From: an uncultured Actinomycetes bacterium | GTDB taxonomy: Bacteria; Actinomycetota; Actinomycetes; S36-B12 | DNA: 49,167 bases | Direction: 5' to 3' | Assembly (NCBI GenBank): GCA_913057155.1 | Contig: CAJXNV010000003.1 | Location: forward strand, 1-49,167 | Part shown: positions 20,863-31,667 of the stretch, one piece after another | Numbering within the stretch: position 1 is the stretch's first letter | Layout: every line of letters begins with the position of its first letter | Notes under the pieces: generated by a model | Databases searched by the model: none | Seen by the model: only the letters and a program-made list of their open reading frames with translations | What the model was told of the DNA's origin: nothing | Made by a program: the position numbers and the translations under genes

Positions 20863-21159
20863 CTAGGCGCAGTCCTTGCAGATCGGCCCGGACTTGCCCT
20901 CGTGGTCGAGTTGACTGCGGTGGTGCACCAGGAAGCAGGACATGCAGGTGAATTCGTCGGACTTCTTGGGCACGACCCGCACCGTGAGGTTCTCATCGGA
21001 AAGGTCGGCACCGGGTAGTTCCAGGTTCTCCGCCAGTTCGGCCTCGTCGACATCGACGGCCGAGGCGGTCTTCTCCGCGCGACGCGCTTTCAACTCCTCG
21101 AGGCTGTCCTCGGCGAGTTCCTCGTCCGTCTTGCGAGGCGCGTCGTAGTCGGTCGCCAT
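20863..21159 (-). CDS. DUF4193 family protein
   Basis: MATDYDAPRK, ELPGADLS, EFTCMSCFLVHHRSQL, CKDC. Confidence 0.95.
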   Translation of the reverse strand: MATDYDAPRKTDEELAEDSLEELKARRAEKTASAVDVDEAELAENLELPGADLSDENLTVRVVPKKSDEFTCMSCFLVHHRSQLDHEGKSGPICKDCA

Positions 21160-21278
21160 GCCCCCAGCCCTCCCTCTTTGGGTCGTCTTGCGCGCAGATT
21201 GTGCCCCATGACCCAGCGATCCGCCCTTCGGGGTAGCCCGGCACCGCCGGCGCCCAGAGGGAGGGCGAGACTTGGACC

Positions 21279-21800
21279 ATGGCCCTCTATGCGCTCGGCG
21301 ACCTCACACCCGAAATCGACCCCTCCGCCTTCGTGCATCCCGACGCCGTAGTGATCGGCAACGTGCACATCGGTGCGCAGTCATCGATCTGGCCGACGGC
21401 GGTTCTGCGCGGCGATCACGGGATGATCCGCATCGGTGCACGCACCTCCATCCAGGACGGCACGGTCGTCCACTGCACCGCTGAATTGGACACGGTGGTC
21501 GGTGACAGGTGCGTCGTCGGGCATAACGCACATCTCGAGGGATGCACGGTGCACGACGATTCCCTGATCGGATCCGGATCGGTCTTGCTGCATCGGGTAG
21601 TCGTGGGTCCGGCGTCCCTCGTCGGAGCCGGAGCCGTCGTCTCGCCGGGCACGGAGGTTCCACCGCATGCGCGTGCGCTCGGGGTACCCGCTCGGGTCAC
21701 ATTGGACGTAGTGAACGCCGAGGATTTCCGGGACTCGATGGAGACCTACGTACGTAACGCGTCCTGGTACAACGCCGACCTGCGCCGACTCGACGGCTAG
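21279..21800 (+). CDS. gamma carbonic anhydrase family (hexapeptide-repeat) protein
   Basis: VLRGD, IQDGTVVH, VGHNAHLEGC. Confidence 0.92.
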   Translation: MALYALGDLTPEIDPSAFVHPDAVVIGNVHIGAQSSIWPTAVLRGDHGMIRIGARTSIQDGTVVHCTAELDTVVGDRCVVGHNAHLEGCTVHDDSLIGSGSVLLHRVVVGPASLVGAGAVVSPGTEVPPHARALGVPARVTLDVVNAEDFRDSMETYVRNASWYNADLRRLDG

Positions 21801-21835
21801 CCGCGAAGTCCTGCATCGTCAGTGCTGGCGCAGCT

Positions 21836-22684
21836 TCAGTGCGGGCGCTCCATCATCCCGGCACCTCGTAGGGCCTCGACGAGTTCGTCGGCGATATCGG
21901 GCACCGCGGCGACGAACGTCCCGGGATCCGAATCGTCCAGTTGACGCACGAGCGCACCCGCCTCGCGGGCGATCAGGGCGCCGGCGGCCACATCCCATGG
22001 ATTCAGACCGCGCTCGTAGTAGGCATCCGTGCGTCCGCGGGCGAGCCAGGTGAAGTCCACTACCGCGCATCCGGTTCGTCGAATGTCGCGAACTGCGGGA
22101 ATGACCTCACGCAGGACGTCGGCTTGCGAGGCACGCCTGCGGGGGGCGTAGCCGAAGCCGGTCGCGACCATCGCCTGGGACAACGACGAGCAGGTGCGCA
22201 CGCTCATGCGCTCACCGATGTCCCCGACGATGCGCCACGATCCGCGCCCACGGATGCCGATGAAGCCCTCGCCGGTCTCCGGGGTGATGATGACTCCGAC
22301 GACGGCCTCCCCGACATCGGCGTCCTCCGCAGCGACGCTCACGCCCCACAGCGGAATCCGGTACAGGTAATTGACCGTGCCATCGAGCGGATCCACCACC
22401 CAGCGGATCCCCGTCGATCCGGCTTGATCGGCACCTTCCTCCCCCAGGAGTCCGTCGCCCGGACGCTCCCCGAGCAGGCGCTCGTGCAGCAGGTGCTCGG
22501 CGGCCTTGTCCATCGACGTCACGACGTCGGTCGGGGTGCTCTTGGTCTCCACTTCCAAGTCGACCGGCCGTTGCGTGTGCAAGAAGGCGGCCGCTTCCCC
22601 CGCGGCTCGCCAGGCGAGGTCGATCAACGGGTGCCACGCCAGGATCTCGGCGAGCGTTCGAACCGAAGGTTCCTGCGCGACCAT
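21836..22684 (-). CDS. suhB: inositol monophosphatase
   Basis: GEE, WVVDPLDGTVNY, WDVAAG. Confidence 0.93.
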   Translation of the reverse strand: MVAQEPSVRTLAEILAWHPLIDLAWRAAGEAAAFLHTQRPVDLEVETKSTPTDVVTSMDKAAEHLLHERLLGERPGDGLLGEEGADQAGSTGIRWVVDPLDGTVNYLYRIPLWGVSVAAEDADVGEAVVGVIITPETGEGFIGIRGRGSWRIVGDIGERMSVRTCSSLSQAMVATGFGYAPRRRASQADVLREVIPAVRDIRRTGCAVVDFTWLARGRTDAYYERGLNPWDVAAGALIAREAGALVRQLDDSDPGTFVAAVPDIADELVEALRGAGMMERPH

Positions 22685-22793
22685 CTGACTCCCTCGTACC
22701 GCTCGTGCGGCTAGTGCTCGTGCCTCCCGTGCGGCCCGAGCGCCGCCGCTTGGACTGCGCTCCTAGCGGGGGCTCACGCTAGTCTGCCGGCAG

Positions 22794-24092
22794 ATGCCCA
22801 CCGAACCTGAGCCATCACGTGCCCTCGGCTATCGCTTCGCGCTAACCCAACCCGGCGTGGTCGCCTTCACCGCCGCGGGCGCACTCGCGCGCCTGCCGGT
22901 TGCCATGGTCGCGCTCGCGCTCGTACTGCTGGTGAGCGAAACCACCGGTTCATACGCCTTCGCCGGAGCGCTCAGTGCCGCGTTCGCGGTGACCGCGGCC
23001 CTCGCCAGCATCCTGACCAGCCGATGGGCCGACCGCTCCGGACAAACCCAGGTCCTGCGCATCCTCGCGGTCTTGCACAGTGCGCTGTTGGTCGCGGTCA
23101 CCTACCTGATCGTCCAGGGAGCCCCCGCTGCTTTGCAGCTTCTCGTAGTGATCGCCGCAGGCGCGACTTCACCGGCCATCGGCTCCTACGTTCGGGCCCG
23201 CTGGACGCACGCGGCACACAGTGGGCAACAGCCGGCACTCCTTCGCGTCGGTTTCGCGTGGGAGAGCATCCTCGATGAGTTGATCTTCACCCTCGGTCCA
23301 TTGATCACTACCGCACTGGCGTTCGGGATCGGCTTCCCGGTGCCGCTCATCGTCGCTGCCGCCGCTGTGCTCATCGGTGCCGTGGGTCTGTCGATGTGTA
23401 CGCGCTCCACTCCGCCACCCGCACCGGCGAGCCCTGCACCATCGTCGATCTTCGCCGTCGTGCGAACGCCGGGACTGTGGGTACTGATCGTCTCGGCACT
23501 GGGGTTGGGCACGCTCTTCGGCGCCTTGGACGTCGGCGCCGTCGCTTTCACCGGCGCCCGCGGCGCCGGTTCGATGGCCGGGGTGCTCCTGGCCTGCTTC
23601 GCTGCCGCATCCATGGTCGGCGGGATCGTGTACGGGATCCGCGCCTGGCCCGGTCGGTTGCATCGGCATACGCAGTCCGCCGCGGCATTGCTCGCACTCA
23701 TCTGCGCGGGGTTCTGGTTCACCGACACCAACACCGGCGCGATCGTGGTGGCAACGGCAGCCGGTGCGCTGGTCGCCCCCACCTTGATCGGCATCTTCTC
23801 CCTAACCCAGCGCCTCGTGAGTCCGGCGAACCTGACCGAGGGGCTGACCTGGACCAACTCCGGCCTGGCCGCCGGCTTCGCATTCGGCTCGGCCCTGTCC
23901 GGCATCCTCATCGACGCCTTCGGCTCGAGGGCGGGACTGGCCCTGTGCTTCGCCGGAGCGGTGATCAGCGCTGGGGCGCTGGTGGCCGGGGATCGCAGCA
24001 TCCGCCGACACGACGACACCACCGCACAGGCGCGGGTCGTCCCACCGGCTCCCCCAAGCGATAGCCTTACTCACCGATCGATGAAGGAGTAA
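22794..24092 (+). CDS. MFS transporter
   Basis: About 12 TMs, motif A-like SRWADRSG, ESILDELIFTLGP. Confidence 0.9.
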   Translation: MPTEPEPSRALGYRFALTQPGVVAFTAAGALARLPVAMVALALVLLVSETTGSYAFAGALSAAFAVTAALASILTSRWADRSGQTQVLRILAVLHSALLVAVTYLIVQGAPAALQLLVVIAAGATSPAIGSYVRARWTHAAHSGQQPALLRVGFAWESILDELIFTLGPLITTALAFGIGFPVPLIVAAAAVLIGAVGLSMCTRSTPPPAPASPAPSSIFAVVRTPGLWVLIVSALGLGTLFGALDVGAVAFTGARGAGSMAGVLLACFAAASMVGGIVYGIRAWPGRLHRHTQSAAALLALICAGFWFTDTNTGAIVVATAAGALVAPTLIGIFSLTQRLVSPANLTEGLTWTNSGLAAGFAFGSALSGILIDAFGSRAGLALCFAGAVISAGALVAGDRSIRRHDDTTAQARVVPPAPPSDSLTHRSMKE

Positions 24093-24095
24093 GCC

Positions 24096-24872
24096 CTGCA
24101 ACCGCTCAGCCCCCGTGAGATCCAAGCGCGCGTCCGTGCTGGCGCGTCGCCGGAGGTCGTGGCGGCCGAGACCGGGTGGCCGCTCGACAAGGTAACCCGC
24201 TACGCCGAGCCGCTCCTCGGCGAGCGCGCCTACGTCGCCGAACAAGCCTCGGCGGTGGAGATCTCACGGTCGCGTGGCGGCGCGACCTTGCACCAGTCGG
24301 TGTGCGTGAAGGTCGATGTCGACCCCGACACCGATTCGGTGAGTTGGGACTCCTACCGCAACCCCGAGGGCCGGTGGGTCGTCACCGCGTTCCACGACGG
24401 TGCCGCGATCGGCACCTGGTTGTACGAGGAAGCCGGCCGCACCGTCCATCCGCAGGACGAGAGCGCACGCGCGTTGATGGGTGGCGGCCCGGCCGTCGTA
24501 TCGGATTCCGCAACCGCCTCACGCCCCGACGCTTCGCCGGCCGACGTTCCCGACGAGGGCACAGCCGGCGACGACGAATCGGCGCCAGCACGCCCATCGG
24601 GCAAGAAGGATCGTCCTCGACTGGTCTCGGTGACTTCCGATCCGACCGTCGAGAAGACCGACGAGGCTTCGACACCGCAGCCGACGGTCGGCTCCGGCGA
24701 GTCCGGTGAGACGGCGCTGTTCGAGCCCACGGATACCCCACAGCCCGAGCAAGCGGAACCGGCGAATGCACCCGCTACCAAGCGAGCCAAGCGAGCCAAA
24801 GGCAAGCGTGGGCGCGCCAGCGTGCCGAGTTGGGATGAGATCTTGTTCGGGGCCAGCAAAGGCGACGAGTAG
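24096..24872 (+). CDS. sepH: septation protein SepH (DUF3071), N-terminally short, probable CTG start
   Basis: LSPREIQARVRAGAS HTH lies upstream of the first GTG (24159); RYAEPLLGERAYVA, WDSYR, RASVPSWDEILFG; AAGGAG SD 6 nt before CTG 24096. Confidence 0.82.
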   Translation: MQPLSPREIQARVRAGASPEVVAAETGWPLDKVTRYAEPLLGERAYVAEQASAVEISRSRGGATLHQSVCVKVDVDPDTDSVSWDSYRNPEGRWVVTAFHDGAAIGTWLYEEAGRTVHPQDESARALMGGGPAVVSDSATASRPDASPADVPDEGTAGDDESAPARPSGKKDRPRLVSVTSDPTVEKTDEASTPQPTVGSGESGETALFEPTDTPQPEQAEPANAPATKRAKRAKGKRGRASVPSWDEILFGASKGDE

Positions 24873-24897
24873 CTAAGTAGACGACTAACGCCGCGAT

Positions 24898-25566
24898 TCA
24901 GGCTGGATCGAACGGCAACGGCTCCCGGGAGATGTGTTCGACGCCCGCGCGCTTGGCCGTCAGCCCGGCCCGATAGTGGCGTCGACACAGGACCTCGTAG
25001 GCCACCGGTGCCTGCTGCTCATCGGCTCCTTGCCTTCCGGAGACATCACCGACGAGAACCTGATCCCCCTCGGTGGTCATCTCACCGCCGACGGTGCGGG
25101 CATTGTGGATCGCCCGTGAACCGCACCAACACAACGCCTCGACCTGCAGCACCTGCACGCGGTCGGACAGTTCGACCAAACGCGCCGATCCCGGGAACAG
25201 CCGGGTTCGAAAGTCGGTCATGATCCCGAACGCGAAGACGTCGATCGCCAGCTCGTCGACGATGCGAGCCAATTGCTCGACCTGATCGGTCGTGTAGAAC
25301 TGCGCTTCGTCGCAAATGACGTAGTCCACCCTGTTGCCGGCACTGAGCGTGTCGACCACATGCCGACGGAAGTCGAAATCGTCACCGACTTCGATGGCCG
25401 GCACCGATAGGCCGAGTCGACTGGATAGAACCGACTGACCCGCACGATCGAGCCGCGTGAAAACGAGTCCCGCGCGACCGCGGGAACTGTGGTTGTGGTC
25501 GGTCTGCAGCGCCAGTGTGCTCTTGCCGCAGTCCATCGTCCCGGCGTAGAACACCAGCTCGGCCAC
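24898..25566 (-). CDS. tdk: thymidine kinase
   Basis: GTMDCGKST, SSRLG, DEAQF, TDFR, CWCG, YEVLCRRH. Confidence 0.94.
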   Translation of the reverse strand: MAELVFYAGTMDCGKSTLALQTDHNHSSRGRAGLVFTRLDRAGQSVLSSRLGLSVPAIEVGDDFDFRRHVVDTLSAGNRVDYVICDEAQFYTTDQVEQLARIVDELAIDVFAFGIMTDFRTRLFPGSARLVELSDRVQVLQVEALCWCGSRAIHNARTVGGEMTTEGDQVLVGDVSGRQGADEQQAPVAYEVLCRRHYRAGLTAKRAGVEHISREPLPFDPA

Positions 25567-25590
25567 GGCGGCATCGTGCCACACGGCTTG

Positions 25591-26712
25591 TCAAAGTACC
25601 GCTGCGTGACCATCGAGCATGAGCCCGGGAATGCGACGCTCCCGATCGCTAGTACCGCCGTGCTGGCCAGGTAGCGCCGAGACCCGCCCATCGACTCGGC
25701 GGCTCGCGACACAAGTCCCGGGCTCGAGTACGACGACGACGTCACCGATGCGATCGACCAACGCAGGGTCCACCGTGCCGAACAGTCCCGAAGCTACCGC
25801 CGCTGCGCGCGTGTGGACCGCGGCACGCTCCCCCAATGCGTCGCGCCAACGCATCGCTACGGCCTCGGGGTCGTCCTCGACGTAGACGTGTCTCATCCGG
25901 GGCTCACCGGCCAGTGAACGCACGCCCCAGTGCAGCGCCGGTTCGTCTTCCCACCAGATTCGCTGCCCGGCGTCGACCATGCCGTGATCGGCGGTGACCA
26001 CCATGCGGCCCGTACCAGGGAGCGCACCATGCAGCCCCCGGATCAGCGTGTTCACCTGCGAGGCGGCAGCGCGCCACGCTTCGCTGCCCACGCCGTGCTC
26101 ATGTCCGGCACGATCCAGGCTCGGCCAATAGACGTAGGCAACCAAGCGCTCGTTGTTCGTGGCGGCAGCGGCGACTTCGTGCTCCAGGCTCCCGATTCGT
26201 TCGTCGATGGATTCGGCGTGGATGTATCGCGCACCCCGAAGCACGGCCCGGGTGAGTCCCGATCCGGCGTAGGCGGCCGGGCCGATGGCGACCGCACTGG
26301 CTCCGGCGGCCTCGATCTGCTCGAAAACGGTCGGTTCGGGCTGCACCGCCACCGACGGCGGGTGCGAACCCCAATGCAACGGGTGCAGCGTGCGGCCGAA
26401 CTCCGGTAGCCAGAACGAGGCCCCCACGATGCCGTGTTGACCGCTCGGTAGTCCCGTGCCGAGGGAAGCCAACCCAGTGGCGGTGGTCGTGGGGAACGCC
26501 GCGGCGATGCTGCCACCCCGGGCATCGGTGAGTGCGTCGAATAGTTCCGGATACTCCTCCAGGTCGTGCGCACCGAGTCCGTCGACTAGGCACACCACCA
26601 CAACATCGCCATCTCCGATGCCCAGCCGATCCTCGGCGCCGGGAACCCCGACCGCAGCAGCGGCCGAGGGCAGGACATCGGTGAGGTTGAGCTCTGGACC
26701 TGCGGATTCCAT
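25591..26712 (-). CDS. alkaline phosphatase-superfamily nucleotide pyrophosphatase/phosphodiesterase
   Basis: LVDGLG, FPTTT, HGIVG, LDRAGHEHG, TADHGM, GQHG; ATG 26712 overlaps the DUF5998 stop (TGATG). Confidence 0.9.
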   Translation of the reverse strand: MESAGPELNLTDVLPSAAAAVGVPGAEDRLGIGDGDVVVVCLVDGLGAHDLEEYPELFDALTDARGGSIAAAFPTTTATGLASLGTGLPSGQHGIVGASFWLPEFGRTLHPLHWGSHPPSVAVQPEPTVFEQIEAAGASAVAIGPAAYAGSGLTRAVLRGARYIHAESIDERIGSLEHEVAAAATNNERLVAYVYWPSLDRAGHEHGVGSEAWRAAASQVNTLIRGLHGALPGTGRMVVTADHGMVDAGQRIWWEDEPALHWGVRSLAGEPRMRHVYVEDDPEAVAMRWRDALGERAAVHTRAAAVASGLFGTVDPALVDRIGDVVVVLEPGTCVASRRVDGRVSALPGQHGGTSDRERRIPGLMLDGHAAVL

Positions 26713-27293
26713 CAGGTGCGGCGAGCGGCCGTGGCCTGCGAGAGCGCCCCGGCGAACTGCAGTACCTGCGCCACGACATCGGCCCCGTCGGCGGCTTCGG
26801 AGACGCGGACGGACAGATCGTCGTTGCTCGCGGTTCCGGTATAGCCGTGATCGGCATCGCAGGACGGATCCGTGCAGGCCGCAGGTTCGAGATCGATCCG
26901 ACTCACCGCACCCCAGCCGATCGTCAACACGACTTCGGCTGTCGGTCCGCCGGGCTGGTGGTGCGCAGGGTCGCTGACCACGCGGGTCACCACTACCGAA
27001 TCGACCCGTTCGAGGCGTACCGCCTCGGTGGAGGCACTGGCGAGCGGGGCGGGCGCGCCCTCCGGCGCGTGCTCGTCGACATGTCCGACGATGAGCCGGG
27101 TCGGCGTCAAGACCAGCACGGTCACGTGCCGACGCAATTCGTCCCGATCGAAAGTGGCTTCGTGGTGGACGACGTAACTGGCCGGCTGTTCCCCACCGAG
27201 GGCGGTGGTCAATGCCTCGGCGACGAGTTCCGGGTAGTAACCACTGCGCTGGATGTCTTCGCGCAGCGCCGTTCCGGCGCCGTGGTCGTCCAT
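26712..27293 (-). CDS. DUF5998 family protein
   Basis: IQRSGYYPELV, HHEATFD, WGAVSRIDLEPAAC.DP.C.ADHGY. Confidence 0.92.
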   Translation of the reverse strand: MDDHGAGTALREDIQRSGYYPELVAEALTTALGGEQPASYVVHHEATFDRDELRRHVTVLVLTPTRLIVGHVDEHAPEGAPAPLASASTEAVRLERVDSVVVTRVVSDPAHHQPGGPTAEVVLTIGWGAVSRIDLEPAACTDPSCDADHGYTGTASNDDLSVRVSEAADGADVVAQVLQFAGALSQATAARRT

Positions 27294-27328
27294 GACCCCA
27301 TCCTGCCAGGTGCGGGTACTGTCCCGTT

Positions 27329-28249
27329 GTGCCCACAGCGATCACCGTCCACCCGGAGGTGGCGGCAGCGATATCGGCGGGCAAGCCGGTCGTCGCCCTC
27401 GAATCCACGATCATCAGCCACGGACTGCCGCGTCCGGAGAACCTGCGGGTTGCGCAGGAGGTCGAGGAAGTCGTCCGAGCACGAGGCGCCGTCCCCGCCA
27501 CGATCGCCGTGCTCGACGGCTCGGTTCTCGTCGGCCTCGATGACGACCAGCTCGCCGAGGTCGCCGCCCGCGACGACATCGTCAAGGCCGGCGTCCGTGA
27601 CCTTCCGGTGGTGATGTCCCGATCAGCGAGCGCGGCCACCACGGTCGCCGCGACGAGCATCATCGCGCGTGCGAGTGGGATCGATGTATTCGCCACCGGC
27701 GGACTCGGTGGCGTGCACCGTCAAGCCCGCGACAGTTGGGACGAGTCGGCGGACCTCACCACCTTGGCGTCCACTGCGGTCACCGTCGTGTGCTCGGGCG
27801 TCAAATCGATCCTGGATGTCGGTGCGACCCTCGAACGCATGGAGACCTTGAATATCGCCGTCGTGGGCTACCGGACGCCCCGGTTCCCCGGCTTCTACCT
27901 CGCGGACTCCGGTCACGCGGTCGGCTGGCAGGTCGACGATGCTTCCGAGGTCGCGGACATCATGCAGGCACGTTCGGCGCTGGGCCTTGGATCGGCGCTG
28001 ATCGTCGCCAATCCCATCCCCGCGAGCGATCAGCTCGACCCGGACCTGCACGACACCACGTTGGCGCAGGGCCTGGCGATCGCGCAGGACCGTGGCATCA
28101 CCGGCAAGGACGTCACGCCGTTCCTACTCGACCACTTCCATCGCGCTACCCATGGCGCGAGCCTCGCGGCGAACGCGGCGTTGATCGTGAACAACGCTGA
28201 CCTGGCCGCCCGGATCGCCAGCGCACGGGCACTGGCAGTCGATCGGTGA
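27329..28249 (+). CDS. psuG: pseudouridine-5'-phosphate glycosidase
   Basis: VVALESTIISHGLP, TTVAAT, FATGGLGGVHR, ESADL, GVKSILD, GKDVTPFLL. Confidence 0.95.
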   Translation: MPTAITVHPEVAAAISAGKPVVALESTIISHGLPRPENLRVAQEVEEVVRARGAVPATIAVLDGSVLVGLDDDQLAEVAARDDIVKAGVRDLPVVMSRSASAATTVAATSIIARASGIDVFATGGLGGVHRQARDSWDESADLTTLASTAVTVVCSGVKSILDVGATLERMETLNIAVVGYRTPRFPGFYLADSGHAVGWQVDDASEVADIMQARSALGLGSALIVANPIPASDQLDPDLHDTTLAQGLAIAQDRGITGKDVTPFLLDHFHRATHGASLAANAALIVNNADLAARIASARALAVDR

Positions 28250-29184
28250 CACCCGCATCCGGCGTGGACGTCGTCGTCATCGGCGATGTCATGGCAGACA
28301 CCATCGCGCTGCTGGAAAGTGCGCTGGTCCCCGACGCCGACAATCCGGCCGAATTCGTGCAAGCCCTCGGCGGCCAGGCAGCGAACACGGCAGCCTGGCT
28401 CGCCGCCGCCGGTTCGCGGGTGCATCTCGTCGCTGCGGTCGGCGCCGATGGGATGGGAACGTGGGTCCGGGAACGGCTCCACGAGCGTGGACTCCCCCAC
28501 TCGCTAGCCACCGTCGATGCGCCGACGGGCCGCTGCATCGTCGTCACCGATCCCACGGGTGTGCGCACCATGCTGCCGAACTCCGGCGCCAACGCACTCA
28601 TCGGACGAAGCGACGCCGGGCAGATGGTCGCTGCACTACTCGAAGGCGGCGCACGTCACCTGCACCTGTCGGGCTACGTGCCGCTGCACGACGCGGATTT
28701 CGCTGCGCGGATGGTGCAGCTTGCGAAGGCAAGCGGTGCCAGCACCAGTATGGACACCCCCGCACTGTTCTTTGAATCCACTCGGTCTCCAACCACCGTG
28801 CCATCGGTCGACGTGCTGCTGGGTACGGCACGTGAGTTGGCGCACCTGCTGCGACTCGACGCCGCGACCCCGGCCGCACTCGCAGACCGCATCGCGGAGC
28901 GAATCGCCAGCGACGTCGATTCACCCGCCTGCGTATTACTCAAGGCGGGCGCCCAAGGCGCGTGGTTGATAGCCGAGCGGGTCACCAGCGTCCCGCCGGT
29001 CGCCGCGAGCGTGGTCGACACCACGGGCGCCGGAGATGCATTCACCGCAGGGTTCCTGGCAGCGTGGACGGCCGGTCAATCCGCCGAAACCGCCGCTGAC
29101 ACAGCTAGCGTGCTTGCCGCCCGCGCGCTTACCCAGCGTGGCGGGCAACCGAGCAGCGACGAAGGGCAGCATGGCAACCTCTAA
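28246..29184 (+). CDS. PfkB-family kinase (probable pseudouridine kinase)
   Basis: [17 protein letters not shown]; GTGA overlap with psuG. Confidence 0.88.
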   Translation: MTPASGVDVVVIGDVMADTIALLESALVPDADNPAEFVQALGGQAANTAAWLAAAGSRVHLVAAVGADGMGTWVRERLHERGLPHSLATVDAPTGRCIVVTDPTGVRTMLPNSGANALIGRSDAGQMVAALLEGGARHLHLSGYVPLHDADFAARMVQLAKASGASTSMDTPALFFESTRSPTTVPSVDVLLGTARELAHLLRLDAATPAALADRIAERIASDVDSPACVLLKAGAQGAWLIAERVTSVPPVAASVVDTTGAGDAFTAGFLAAWTAGQSAETAADTASVLAARALTQRGGQPSSDEGQHGNL

Positions 29185-31654
29185 GGGAACCGAACGCATC
29201 ATCGATATCGACGTGTCCGAGGAGATGCGTGGTTCGTTCCTGGAGTACGCGTACTCGGTGATCTACTCGCGGGCACTGCCCGATGCCCGCGACGGTTTGA
29301 AGCCGGTTCAACGACGCATCCTGTTCCAGATGGCCCAGATGGGCCTGCGTCCCGACCGCGGTCATGTCAAGAGCGCTCGCGTGGTCGGTGAGGTCATGGG
29401 CCGTCTGCACCCGCATGGCGATTCCGCTATCTACGACGCCCTCGTTCGGCTCGCGCAACCTTTCACCATGCGTTTGCCACTAGTGGACGGCCACGGAAAC
29501 TTCGGCAGCCTGGACGACGGTCCCGCCGCGATGCGCTACACCGAGGCCCGATTGGCGGCGCCGGCGCTCGAACTCACCGCGGGACTGGACGAGGACGTCG
29601 TCGATTTCGTCGCCAACTACGACGGGCGCGAACGCGAGCCCAGCGTGCTTCCGGCGGCCTTCCCGAATCTGCTCGTGAACGGTGCCAGTGGCATCGCGGT
29701 CGGAATGGCCACCACACTCGTGCCGCACAACCTGGCGGAGGTGATCGCCGCAGCCCGCCATCTCATCGCGCACCCCACCGCGAGCGTCGAGGATCTGATG
29801 GCCTTCGTCCCCGGTCCGGACTTCCCCGGCGGGGGGCAGATCGCCGGACTCGACGGCATCCGCGATGCCTACGCAACGGGCCGTGGTTCCTTCCGGCTGC
29901 GCGCCACGACATCGGTGGAGGCGGTCACCGCCCGTCGCAAGGGCATCGTGGTGACCTCGCTTCCGGCATCCGTCGGACCGGAACGGGTCATCGAACGGAT
30001 CAAGGATCTCGTCCAAGCCAAGAAACTCCAGGGCATCTCCGATGTCGTCGATCTCAGCGATGGCGAGTCCGGCCTTCGCTTGATCATCGAGATGAAGAGC
30101 GGCATCGCGCCCGAACCACTGCTCGAGCAGCTTTACAAACTCACGCCGATGGAGGACTCCATCACGGTCAACGCAGTCGCCTTGGTGGATGGGCAGCCAC
30201 GCACGCTCAACCTGCGTGAACTGATCGAACAGTTCGTGGAGCATCGCTTCGATGTGGTGCGCCGCCGCAGCGCGTACCGTCGGGCGCGGGCTGCGGAGCG
30301 GGTGCACCTGGTCGAGGGCTTGCTGATCGCGATCGTCGATATCGACGAGGTCATCGAGTTGATCCGCGACAGCGACAACGCCTCGGTTGCGCGGGAGCGC
30401 TTGATGAGCGTGTTCGACTTGAGCGAGGAACAGGCCTCCTACATCCTCGATATGCCGCTGCGTCGCTTGACCAAGTTCTCCCGCATCGAATTGGAGACCG
30501 AAGCCGAGGAACTGCGGGCGCGGATCGCGGAATTGGACGAGATCCTCGGCGATGATTCCCGACTGCGACAGGTGGTCTCCGACGAATTGGCCGATGTGGC
30601 GGCTAACCACGGCACGCCACGTCGGACCACATTGCTCGAGGGTGCGGTCCCCGTCGTCTCCCGTTCGGCACCGGCCCTCGAGGTACCCGACGAACCGTGC
30701 GTGGTGATGATGTCCAGCACCGGATTGCTGGCCCGAAGCGCCTCGATTCAGGACACCATCGGCGTCGAGGCCGCTGAGGGTGCGCGCTCGGCCCACGACG
30801 TCATCACCGCGGTAAGCCCCGCCTCCACCCGCGCTCGGTGCGGGGCCATTACTTCGCAGGGCCGCATCGTCCCCTTCGAGGTGGTGGATCTCCCGGCGAT
30901 CCCGCCGGTCACCGGCAACCCGGGTCTCGGCGCGGGCGTACCCGTCGGTGCCTTCGTCGACCTCGAGGACGGTGAGCAGGTGGTGGGGCTGTCACCGTTG
31001 GACTCCGGCTTCACCGTCACCTTGGGCACCAGCCAGGGCGTGGTCAAACGGGTGCTGGTCCCCGAATCCCTTACCCGCGGTAAGCCGGTGTCCATCATGT
31101 CCCTGGCCGAAGGCGATCACGTGGTCGGTGCGCGATCGCTTCCCGAAGCAGCAGCGGAAACCGCCGTCGTCGTGTTCGTCACCTCGGAGGCCAACGTCCT
31201 GCGCTTCCCGGCGAGCAACGTCCGCGTACAAGGGGTCGGTGCCGGTGGGATGGCCGGCGTCAACCTTCCCCCCGACGCCCTCGCGGTGTTCTGCACGACC
31301 ATCCCCGAGCCGCTGCTCGACGCCTGCGTACTCGTCACCGTCGCCGGCGATTCACGTGCCCTGCCGGGTACCGAACTCGGTTCGGTCAAGGTCACCCCGC
31401 TGGCCGCCTACCCGGCGAAGGGCCGCGGCACGAAGGGAGTGCGTTGCCAACGATTCCGCTCCGGTGAGGACACCATCACCGTGGCCTGGGCCGGACCGGC
31501 ACCGGCGCGCGCGGCCAGTTCCGCCGGTGCACCCGTGGCACTGCCCGCCATCGACGAACGTCGAGACGCCGCGGGGTCACCTCCCAGCGCTCCCATAGCC
31601 CAGATCGCCGGAGCGTTAAGCCGCCTCGATACCGATGGGGGTCCGGCATCGTGA
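29171..31654 (+). CDS. parC: DNA topoisomerase IV subunit A (GyrA paralogue)
   Basis: [33 protein letters not shown]; no canonical QRRGGKG GyrA-box; not next to its B subunit. Confidence 0.9.
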   Translation: MATSKGTERIIDIDVSEEMRGSFLEYAYSVIYSRALPDARDGLKPVQRRILFQMAQMGLRPDRGHVKSARVVGEVMGRLHPHGDSAIYDALVRLAQPFTMRLPLVDGHGNFGSLDDGPAAMRYTEARLAAPALELTAGLDEDVVDFVANYDGREREPSVLPAAFPNLLVNGASGIAVGMATTLVPHNLAEVIAAARHLIAHPTASVEDLMAFVPGPDFPGGGQIAGLDGIRDAYATGRGSFRLRATTSVEAVTARRKGIVVTSLPASVGPERVIERIKDLVQAKKLQGISDVVDLSDGESGLRLIIEMKSGIAPEPLLEQLYKLTPMEDSITVNAVALVDGQPRTLNLRELIEQFVEHRFDVVRRRSAYRRARAAERVHLVEGLLIAIVDIDEVIELIRDSDNASVARERLMSVFDLSEEQASYILDMPLRRLTKFSRIELETEAEELRARIAELDEILGDDSRLRQVVSDELADVAANHGTPRRTTLLEGAVPVVSRSAPALEVPDEPCVVMMSSTGLLARSASIQDTIGVEAAEGARSAHDVITAVSPASTRARCGAITSQGRIVPFEVVDLPAIPPVTGNPGLGAGVPVGAFVDLEDGEQVVGLSPLDSGFTVTLGTSQGVVKRVLVPESLTRGKPVSIMSLAEGDHVVGARSLPEAAAETAVVVFVTSEANVLRFPASNVRVQGVGAGGMAGVNLPPDALAVFCTTIPEPLLDACVLVTVAGDSRALPGTELGSVKVTPLAAYPAKGRGTKGVRCQRFRSGEDTITVAWAGPAPARAASSAGAPVALPAIDERRDAAGSPPSAPIAQIAGALSRLDTDGGPAS

Positions 31655-31667
31655 TGACCGGGCAGCG

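Noticed and set aside
25591-27696. 701-aa ORF suggesting a large phosphodiesterase fusion
   Set aside because: The N-terminal part overlaps DUF5998 in another frame and psuG on the other strand; family motifs begin only after ATG 26712
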